Shown here piece after piece: positions 20,767 to 30,658 of a stretch of 30,658 bases of DNA. Every line of letters begins with the position of its first letter. Position 1 is the stretch's first letter. This DNA is from Octopus sinensis (Eukaryota). The notes under the pieces are model-generated. The model worked only from the letters and a program-made list of their open reading frames with translations, did no database searches and was not told the origin of the DNA. The translations under genes were made by a program, and so were the position numbers. The DNA lies in contig NW_021832499.1 in assembly GCF_006345805.1 (NCBI RefSeq), positions 1-30,658 of the forward strand, written 5' to 3'.

Positions 20767-21149
20767 CTCTTTTACCTATTTCAGTCATTTGACTGCGGCC
20801 ATGCTCGAGCACCGTCTTTAACCGAGCAAATCGACCCCACGATTTATTCTCTGGAAGCCTAGTACTTATTCTATCGGTATCTTTTGTCGAACCTCTAGGT
20901 TACGGGGACGTAAACACACCATCGGTTGTCAAGCGGTGTTGGGGGGGGCAAACGTAGACACACAAACATACACACACACATGTATACGACGGACTTCTTT
21001 CAGTTTCCGTCTACCAAATACACTCACAAGGCTTTGGTCGGCCCGAGGCTACAGTAGAAGACACTTGCCCAAGGTGCCACGCAGTGGGACTGAACCCGGA
21101 ACCATGTGGTTCGTAAGCAAGCTACTTACCAAACAGCCACTCCTGCGCC
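20765..21149 (-). mobile_element. SINE family B, full length
   Basis: From GGCGCAGGAGTGGCTG head to TGACTGAAATAGGTAAAAGAG tail with internal (TG)n. Confidence 0.88.
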
Positions 21150-21284
21150 ATATTTATGTATGTATATATATATATATATGTATGTTAATCGGCAGAGGTT
21201 ACAAAGTGATTCAAGGGCGGAGAGTTTAGCACATAGTGAATTATCATTTATATATACTCTGTGTGTGTGTGTATATATATATAC

Positions 21285-21323
<39 letters not shown>

Positions 21324-21462
21324 GAAGTCTATACGTGTGAGTGTGTGTTTATATGCATAGTAATGCCAGTATATTTGTGCGTATGTATGAATATATATAT
21401 GTATATATACATATGCACATACATACATATATGTGTGTGTGTATGTGCGTGTGTGTGTGTGC

Positions 21463-21497
<35 letters not shown>

Positions 21498-22199
21498 TAT
21501 GAAATATTCAGCATGCACATACCCACACGTTCGCCGACATTAACGACGGCATAGATTTATTCTCGTGAAAAGCATTCAGACAAGGTTTCCGTCTTATTAC
21601 ATGTCTAAACACACACACATACACACAACACACACACACACACACACACACCACACACACACAGCACACACACACACACACACACACACATCCACACGTA
21701 CACCTCCACCATACTCACTCACAAGTACGCACATATACATACCTCAATTACAATTTTTCACCGACTGCAATTTTTTAGGTATTTTTGTCTAGAACTCTCC
21801 GTCTCTCCCTTCCATCTCTCTCTCCCTACACGTCAATAAGACAGCTAATTACTTTGGTAACCACACAGAAGAACCATCACCGGCACCACACCGCCAATCA
21901 CCAGTCACACGAGAAAGTGGCCGACCGTAAAATGTTCATTTTCTACCTTGTCGTCTGCTATATCAATGACATATTGTAAAACAAAAAATGGTGGAAAAAA
22001 ATTGAACAAAATAACGTGTTTACGCCATTTTTAATTCTTGTTTTTTCTCTTTCCTTTCTGCCACTTTTGAAATTTAATCCCCCCGTTTTAATTCCTTCTC
22101 TTGTCTAAACCCAGCAATCTCTGCCAACATACATAACGCTCTGGCCCCTCCCCTCCATTTCCCCTTCACTTTTTCCATGTGCGCGCACACACATACACA

Positions 22200-22269
22200 T
22201 AAAGGCAATGTATTATGAGTGTGTCTGTATATATATATATATATATATATGCAAATATGTATAATATAT

Positions 22270-22319
<50 letters not shown>

Positions 22320-22389
22320 TAATATATATATATATGCCAAATATATGATATAATATATATATGTATATATATACATACATATATGCATT

Positions 22390-22441
<52 letters not shown>

Positions 22442-22508
22442 TGAGTTTATATAAATAATACATATACCTTGAATGTACGTGTACACACACACACACAGAC
22501 ATAGACAA

Positions 22509-22542
<34 letters not shown>

Positions 22543-23212
22543 GCACGCATATATTCGCTTTCAGTCTTTCTTCAGTTTCCACTCATTTTTCTTCAATTTG
22601 GCCACCATTTTCCTTTCATGAGTTCTATATTTCAATTCTGAGTATTTTAGTTTTTATCCTTTTTTATCATTCCTTCAAATTTCACAGGCATGCCTACAAA
22701 TACGCACAAACACACACATACATATATTGAATTTTTGGGAGGGTTAACTGTCAACAAACACACACACACACCCTGACTTTCGTTTACTTCTTTATTGTTG
22801 ATTAATTAATTAGTAACTGATTAGTAAGTCATAGGCTTTCGACAAGCAACTGTAAACTTTACAATATTTCTGCAACTGGCAACAGTGGGAAGGGGGGAGG
22901 GGGTACAGTTTGAAGACTATTTTTATCTATAAACTATATATATAAGATATTTTCTAGTAAATGGTTTGTATCCTCAATGTATGTATGTATGTTTTCAAGC
23001 GCGTGTATGTGCGTGCGCGCATGTGTGTGTATACATATGTATATTAGACATATATATGCATATATATATATATAGATATAATATATATATGTATGTAGAT
23101 GTGTATAATATATTTATATATGTATATGTATAGTATATATATTATATGTATGTATATGTTATCTATATATACATATATTATATGTATGTATTATGTATAT
23201 ATATATATATAC

Positions 23213-23248
<36 letters not shown>

Positions 23249-23291
23249 ATGTATATTGTCATATATATATACATATATATATATATGTATG

Positions 23292-23338
<47 letters not shown>

Positions 23339-23345
23339 GTATAAA
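22200..23345. repeat. Compound TA/TG/CA microsatellite region
   Basis: Directly visible, interspersed with short unique AT-rich stretches. Confidence 0.9.
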
Positions 23346-23926
23346 AGATCATGGGTAAAGCCAAAACAATGCGAAGTAAATGCTAGGTCAATCACAAGAA
23401 AACTCGGCAACATCCGTCAATTTCTTGAAATGGGGTCACAACCCCGAAATTTTGAATACAAGTTAAGACTACATGAATTCTTATATTTGTTTTCTTGATA
23501 CTTTCACCCACCGTAAATAAATCGTAAATATGAATAATATAAATCGTAAAATACAGTAAATATAAATTAATTATGTTACTCGACAAACAGTAGTTTTGCT
23601 TCAATATATTAAATTTCTGCATTTAAATCGGAGTTGTTTGTAAGTAAATTGTTTAGTAATCGTAATAGTTTTTAATTTTTGATTTATTTATAATTTACAT
23701 AAATTTTAGAAATATTGAATTTCTAAATGTCTCAGAGAGACATGAGCGGTGGTGGAGCGATAGAGTGGTTGTATAATGTCAACTTAACGTGAAAGTCCCG
23801 TAAAGGGAATTACTTCACCGCTATTTAGCCCTAGGAAACATCGTCGCTTCCTGTCGGCTTTGACACATTTCATGTGTCCTTATATTTGCGAAGGGGAGGC
23901 AAGCACCCCTACCAGCTAGGGCTAGC

Positions 23927-23975
23927 ACCTAGAAACATGCATGTTTCTGAGTACATTGCTCGTGATCAGTCTAGG
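23927..23975 (-). ncRNA. Decayed type I hammerhead motif
   Basis: CCTAGA-CTGATCA-CGAG caatgta CTCA-GAAACAT tgc ATGT-T-TCTAGG. 6-bp stem I and 4-bp stem III intact. G8C change in the core and a C-A mismatch at the base of stem II. Confidence 0.5.
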
Positions 23976-24228
23976 GTAGTTAGTCCTGCTAGTTGAGATA
24001 CCTGTCAAACCTTCGCAAAATATATATTTACGGTGAAATCTATTCACCGGTCACCGTAATTAGGAATATTGAATTTCTAAATGAATTTCATAAATTATTT
24101 TATGTTAATTTTAATCGATTTTTAGCTTTAGATTTAAACAGGGACAAATTTTTATTGAGGTCTCAGAAAAATGAGAAAGAGAATCATAGCAAACAAAACG
24201 AACACCAGAATAAAAAGTCCGCCTCATC

Positions 24229-25225
24229 AAAACGAAAATATAATGAAAATTACACCGAATGTGGCTTTATATTATCGAAAAAGACAACTCGGTTCTTTTT
24301 TGTATGATTTGTTTAACAACACTCTCAAATGAAGCCATAGTTCCCAGGAAACTTCAACGTCATTTAATAACGAATCATCCGCAACAGAAGGACAAACCAA
24401 CAGAATACTTTGCGATGCTAAAAAATAATTTTAAAATTCAATCAAAATGGCTGACGAAATTTCACTCAATTCCCGAGAAAGCTCAAATAGCCCAGCTTTT
24501 GGCAAAGAAGAAGAAAAAACTTTATTCTGAAGCTGAAAACATTTTTTTAACCAGCCTTGGGGATCGCCGTTGGCACGATGATTAGTGATAAAGCCGTCAA
24601 ACAAATTAATACCTATTTCTTTATTACCCACAAGGGGCAAAACATAGAAGGGACAAACATAGGTATTAAGTCGATTATATCGACCCCAGTGCGTAACTGG
24701 TACTTAATTTATTGACCTCGAAAGGATGAAAGGCAAAGTCGACCTCGGCGGAATTCGAACTCAGAACGAAATGCCGCTAAGCATTTCGCCCGGCGCGCTA
24801 ACGCTTATGCCACCTCGCCGCCCTCAAACAAATTAATACCATTCCTTTGTCTGATCACACGATTTCTTGTAAAATTCGAAACATTTCGCGAGACATTGAT
24901 GATCAGCTCCGCAAACATTTCACAGAAGCAAAAAATGAATTCGAAAACTTGTGGGCCTTACAAATCGATGAAAGTACAGACATCAGCAACAAAGCTCAAC
25001 TAATTTCATTTCTGTGAATCATCAGAGGTGGTAAAATCATAAATCAGTTTTTCTTTTGTTGTGATTTGAAGGAAAGAACGACAGGAGAAGATGTCTTTAA
25101 CCTGGTAAACCAAAATGTTATTGAGAGGGACGCAGTGGGAAACTTGTATTATCGTTTGCATTGATGGCGCTCAACCCATGCAGGGATATATATTGTACAT
25201 TGCATGATTCACCACAAAGTTTTGG
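24229..25225 (+). pseudogene. Decayed hAT transposase (Buster/Charlie, ZBED5/SCAND3-like)
   Basis: KRKYNENY..CGF..CMICLTTLSNEAIVPRKLQRHLITNH..KDKPTEYF (BED-like), IPLSDHTI..LWALQIDESTDISNKAQL (catalytic D, 24967-24981), ..ERTTGEDVF.., CIDGA, VHCMI. Interrupted by a SINE at 24614-24823. Confidence 0.85.
24614..24823 (-). mobile_element. tRNA-derived SINE family A with 17-bp TSD
   Basis: TCAAACAAATTAATACC at 24597-24613 and 24824-24840. Head GGCGGCGAG.TGGCA..., GAGTTCGAATTC B-box, core GTCGACTTTGCCTTTCATCCTTTCG.GGTC.ATAAATTAAGTACCAG. Confidence 0.9.
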
Positions 25226-25400
25226 TGTCAAACTCTACCTGATGATCTCCTGAAGATGATGGACAACTCTTACACTGTCTCCGATGAAGGGATATACCAA
25301 ATATCCTGGAAACAGTCGTAAAACCTATCTATAAATGCTCTAAAATCTGGACAGCCTTGGTTTTTTTATCTCACTACGAAATAAAATTTGTGTGTGTGTA

Positions 25401-25565
25401 GGCACATGGACTAGTGGTTAGAGCAGCGGACTCACGGTTGAGGGATCGCGGGTTCGAATCTCAGACCGGGCGATGTGTTTGTTTATGAACGAAACGCCTA
25501 AGCTCCACGCGGTTCCGGCAGAAGGTAATGGCGAATTTCTGCGGACTCTTTCGACAGGCTTTTTA
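25401..25565 (+). mobile_element. SINE family C-related copy
   Basis: GGCACATGGACTAGTGGTTAGAGCAGCGGACTC..GGTTCGAATCTCAGACCGGGCG..CCTAAGCTCCACG.GG.TCCGGCAG shared with 8049. Confidence 0.75.
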
Positions 25566-25567
25566 CG

Positions 25568-25654
<87 letters not shown>

Positions 25655-26109
25655 ACATATATATATATATATATGTAATTACAAAAAGGAAAATACGCAC
25701 ACTTACATAGTTTTAATATAATTTTCAATATATCGACCGGTTTCGCTATCGCTATTCATGATATTATGTTTACTTATTTGAATATGTATATTTTTTTTTC
25801 TTAAGAAGAAATTTTGTCCATGTTGTGTGTGATGAAATTCACAAGTGAATGACTTCACAAGTAGATAAATAAAGGGAGGTAATTGGTTATCGTTAACGAT
25901 AACCAATATATCTATATCTATATAGATATAGAGATATGTGTTTATATGTATGTGTGTGTGTGAGTGTGTGTGTGTGTAATCTTTCTTCTTTCTTTCCCTT
26001 TTCCTTTCATGCTATACATATGAAGCTGGCTTCTGAAATTTTGTTCCTTAATTCTCAATGAGTCATACGTCCCGGACTAAGGAACATGGATTCAAGATTA
26101 TATATATGT

Positions 26110-26360
26110 TCTTTTATTCTTTTATTTGTTTCAGTCATTTGACTACAGCCATGCTGGAGCATCGCCTTTAGTCGAACAAATCGGCCCAGGGACTTATTCT
26201 TTGTAAGCTCAGTACTCATTCTATCGGTTTCTTTTGCCGAATCGCTAGGTTACGAGGACTTAAACACACCAACATCGTTGTCACGCGATGGATGGTGCGG
26301 GAACAAATACAGACACACAAACATATATATACAATATATATATATATATATATATTATAT

Positions 26361-26391
<31 letters not shown>

Positions 26392-26538
26392 CACGACGGG
26401 CTTCTTTCAGTTAACGCCAACCAAATCCACTTACAAGGCTTAGGTCGAACTGAGGCTATAGTAGAAGGACACTTGCCCAAGGTGCCACGCAGTGAGACTG
26501 AACCGAAAGCAAGTTACCTAACGAGCAGCCACTGCGCC
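26110..26538 (-). mobile_element. SINE family B, full length with internal (TA)n
   Basis: Same head, CORE-like GGCACCTTGGGCAAGTGT and tail as the 20765 copy. Confidence 0.85.
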
Positions 26539-26549
26539 TATCTATCTCT

Positions 26550-26602
<53 letters not shown>

Positions 26603-26617
26603 TATCTATCTATCTAT

Positions 26618-26655
<38 letters not shown>

Positions 26656-26665
26656 TATATATGCA

Positions 26666-26900
26666 GTTGAAACATTCCTGTCACAACTGGGGACCTTGAA
26701 GACTGCTTAAATGCAAGAAAGTATACTAGCTCCTTAATATTTTATATTCAATATTTCATCTATTCAATAAGACAATCAATACTTCATTTCATTTTACTAT
26801 ATATATACTATTTATACTATATATTCTATATTCTACATTAATATTATAAAGAATATAAATAAAACAAAAAACAGAGTTGGAATTCCTTTGAACAATATAT
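26666..26900 (+). mobile_element. About 240-bp dispersed module, copy 2
   Basis: Matches 13499-13737. HHR-like motif at 26690-26733 with weakened stem I. Confidence 0.7.
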
Positions 26901-27465
26901 ATATTTCTATATGTGTGTGTGTGTGTGTGTTATGTATGTATATGTACGTATATATGTATATGTTACGTATGTATGTATGTATGTATGTACATAAGTGTGT
27001 GTGTGCATGTAAGGGGGTGATCTGAGTGAGAGATAGGTGGTATGAGTAATGTGATTGAATAAGAGTGATATTGAATGACGAAAAGATCGAGTGAAGTAAG
27101 GGAAGGAGGGGAAGTGGGTAGAGAGGTGTAGAACCATAAACAGGAAAACGGAATGGGAGAGAGAGAGAGTGGGGGGGAGAGATAATGTGAGTAAAAGGGA
27201 CAGGGATTAACTCAAGAAGCACATTAAGAAAGGAGGAGGAGGAGAATGTGTGGAAGCGGAAACAGGGGAGAAAGGAGGAAGGCGTTGACGTGATACGAAG
27301 CTACGGAAAAGAAAGAGGGTGGTGATAAATGATTGTTAGTGACCAATCAACGTTGGAGTAGCCAAGAGAGAACAGTGTGGGAAGGCTGGTGTATGAGGAA
27401 GGCGGAAGACTAGTTCAAGAAGCGAGAGAGCGGGGAAGACAGAGCAGATATAACACTTTTACATT

Positions 27466-27669
27466 TTTACTTGTTTCAGTCATTTGCCTGCGGCCATGCT
27501 GGGGTACCGCCTTTTTAGTCGAGCAAATCGACCCCAGGACTTATTCTTTGTAAGCCTAGTACTTATTCTATCGGTCTCTTTTTGCCGAACCGCTAAGTTA
27601 CGGGGACGTAAACACACCAGCATCGGTTGTCAAGCGATGTTGGGGAGACAAATACAGACGCACAAACAT

Positions 27670-27718
<49 letters not shown>

Positions 27719-27870
27719 ACATATATATAAACATATATACGACGGGCTTCTTTCAGTTTCCGTCATTCACATGCACTCACAAGGCTTTGGTCGGCCCGAG
27801 GCTATAGTAGAAGACACTTTCCCAAGTGCCACGCAGTGGGACTGAACCTGGAACCATGTGGTTCGTTAGC
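27466..27870 (-). mobile_element. SINE family B, head clipped by (TA)n
   Basis: Same body and tail, internal (CA)n. Confidence 0.85.
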
Positions 27871-27880
27871 AATATATATA

Positions 27881-27911
<31 letters not shown>

Positions 27912-27932
27912 GATATATACACACACACACAC

Positions 27933-28384
27933 TTTCTACTCTTTTACTTGTTTCATTCATTTGACTGTGGCCGTGCTGGAGCACCGCCTTTAGTCGAGCA
28001 AATCGAGCCCCGGTACTTATTCTATCGGTTCCCTTTTGCCGAACCGTAAACTCACCAGCAGCGGTTGTCAAGCGATGCTGCGGGGACAGACACAGACACA
28101 AAAACATATACACACACACACACACACACACATACATCATACATACATACATACATACATACATACATACATACATACATACATACATACATACATACAT
28201 AAATACATACATATATATATATATATTATATATATATATATACACGACGGGCTTCTTTCAGTTTCCGTCTGCCAAATCCACAAGGCGCGAGGCTATAGTA
28301 GAAGATACTTGCCCAAGGTACCACACAGGGCGACTGAACCCGGAACCATGTGGTTAGAAATCAAGCTTCTTACAGCACAGCCTA
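27933..28384 (-). mobile_element. SINE family B with internal (CA)n/(TACA)n
   Basis: Same body and tail. Confidence 0.85.
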
Positions 28385-28437
28385 TATGTATAGGCGCAAT
28401 TGTGGCTGTGTGTTAAGAAACCTGCTTCCTAACTACA

Positions 28438-28753
28438 TGTATGTATGTATGTATGTATGTATGTATGTATGTATGTATGTATGTATGTATGTATGTATGT
28501 ATGTATGTATGTGTGTATGTATGTATGTGTGTATGTATGTATGTACGTACGTGTATATATGTATGTATGTATGTATGTATGTGTGTATGTATGTATGTAT
28601 GTATATATGTATGTATGTGTGTGTATGTATGTATGTGTATGTATGTATGTGTGTGTATGAATGTGTGTGTATGTATGTATGTGTGTGTGTGTATGTATGT
28701 ATGTATGTATGTATGTATGTATGTATGTATGTATGTATGTATGTATGTATGTA
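28438..28753. repeat. (TATG)n microsatellite
   Basis: Directly visible. Confidence 0.97.
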
Positions 28754-29170
28754 TTGAGGAAATTCCCCAATAAGCTGAAAACCTCTCATACTAGTCACAG
28801 AGAGATACGTGGTTCACACAAATACGATAATGCGCAATTGAAGAGTTATTATTACTCACATTTTTTTTTACATCGTGTAAAGCCGTATTACGAAATGCAG
28901 TCAAGAATATCCGGAACATATTAGTAATTCACTAAACTAGCCTTGGCGAACAATGTTTCGCCAAGCTCTGGAGTGAATTCAACAACTTCTGGAAGATAAC
29001 CAGTTTGGACTGAGCGATGAAATTGTGTGAAGCGCAAACAAGCATCTTCAGAAAACTGCGAAGATGGGATATCAGCTAATGTTGCCAGCATTTTTTCGAA
29101 AGCTGTGAGGATGGTGGAAGGGAATTGTAATGTAGACTTCACCAATACTTCAGAAAATATTACCTTCAAC

Positions 29171-29570
29171 GAGTGGTTGTGTGGTAAGTAGCTTGCAAAC
29201 GAACCACATGGTTTCGGGTTCAGTCCCACTGCGTGGCACCTTGGGCAGGTGTCTTCTACTATAGCCTCGGGCCGACCAAAGCTTGTGAGTGGATTTGGGC
29301 GACGGAAACTGAAAGAAGCCCGTCGTATATATGTCTATATATACATATATATGTATATGTTTGTATGTCTGTGTTTATCCCGCCTCCCCCCCCCCGCTTG
29401 ACAACCGATGCTGGTGTGTTTACGTCTCCGTAACTTAGCGGTTCGGCAAAAGAGACCGATGGAATAAGTACTAGGCTTACAAAGAATAAGTGCTGGAGTC
29501 GATTTGTTCGACTAAAGGCGGTGTTCCAGCATGGCCACAGTCAAATGACTGAAACAAGTAAAAGAGTAAC
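29171..29570 (+). mobile_element. SINE family B, near full length
   Basis: GAGTGGTTGTGTGGTAAGTAGCTTGC..GGTTCAGTCCCACTGCGTGGCACCTTGGG..GACTGAAACAAGTAAAAGAG. Confidence 0.88.
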
Positions 29571-29587
29571 AATCCAACCTGCAGGCA

Positions 29588-29860
29588 GAGAGAAAAAAAA
29601 GCTGTGGGCCCTTGAAACCCAGGCTGTTGTAGTAACTGGTTCTGAAGCGTGATGGCATTGCTGAGACCTTTGGCACTACGCAGTGTCGTCCCGTTCTGGC
29701 ATTGGTGTAGCTTACAATGTCAAAATTTGGCACAATTCCTTCCAGGATCTTCCAGATATATATTACTGCATACCTCTCCCGTCTTCTCTCCAGGGTGTAG
29801 AGTTTTAACTGTTTCAACCTTTCCCAGCAGCTGAGGCTGTTGCAAAGAGATGAACCATCG
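29588..29860 (-). mobile_element. CR1-group LINE RT C-terminal fragment
   Basis: ORF track shows LKLYTLERRRERYAVIYIWKILEGIVPN..NSLGFKGPQLF. A SINE lies immediately beyond its 3' end. Confidence 0.8.
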
Positions 29861-30108
29861 TGTGTTCCACTCGCGCATGTTCATATGCAGTTACACGTGC
29901 AGTGTCTGTATAAAGAACGATGGAAATGTGTGCTTGCGGATGTACATTTGCGTCTGTAAATCCTTATGTATGCATAGACATATTGAAACATAGATACATA
30001 TATGTGCCAACATGCATCCGTTCTTGAGTATACTTATATGAATATACAAGCATATGTGTACATGAATGTCTGCACATATGTATAAGAACGTATGTGTGCA
30101 TACGAGTG

Positions 30109-30170
<62 letters not shown>

Positions 30171-30658
30171 GTTATGGGCATATATGTCTGTGAGTGTGAA
30201 CGGGTGTATTTCTATATATTGTGCGCACATAGTTAGAAAGCAGTTAAGTATAGCAAACTTAATATAAATCATATATCCGGTAAGGTTTAGCGAGAGAAGT
30301 TATGGCTATAATGTCGGCCCATGCATTGCCTACAAAGTGCACATATATTATATATTATATAATATATATATATTACATACATATATATTTACACACATGC
30401 ACACACACATACATACATATTCGTGCGCGCACACACACACGCACACATGTATATCTGTATGTATATAGTATACATATATATATATACACACACAATGTAT
30501 ATACGCGTATTCGCCTATTGTAATGCTCTGTGTGCATGAGTATTTGTATCTATGCATGTATGTATGTATCTATGTATGCATATGTATATATATATAATAT
30601 ATATATATAAACGTTTACATGTATGTATATTCTGGTGGTGTTGGCGGAGGCTGCGTTC

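Overview
AT-rich, microsatellite-saturated eukaryotic DNA with no recognisable host exon. The SINE families and TA/CA/TACA repeat load suggest an octopus (coleoid cephalopod) intron or intergenic region; this is inference, not a database match. Nearly all ORFs in the track are translations of simple repeats. Real content: (1) a near full-length, frameshifted Penelope-like retroelement (PLE; RT plus C-terminal GIY-YIG, minus strand, about 2197-6645) with about 650-bp inverted pseudo-LTR arms, each carrying a type I hammerhead ribozyme (HHR); (2) a 1.9-mer tandem repeat of a 395-398-bp non-coding unit (10945-11694) with a type I HHR in each unit, i.e. a candidate non-LTR retrozyme able to release a 395-nt, circularisable RNA; (3) several further unrelated short modules with variant or decayed HHRs, mostly at (TA)n tracts; (4) fragments of HERO-like and R4/Dong-like (REL endonuclease) and CR1-group LINEs, a decayed hAT (Buster/Charlie-type) transposase, a probable Helitron-derived non-autonomous element, about 25 tRNA-derived SINE copies or fragments from four families, and a short TIR-less element with 9-bp target-site duplications at both copies. 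All ribozyme folds were read by eye and need computational and biochemical confirmation.
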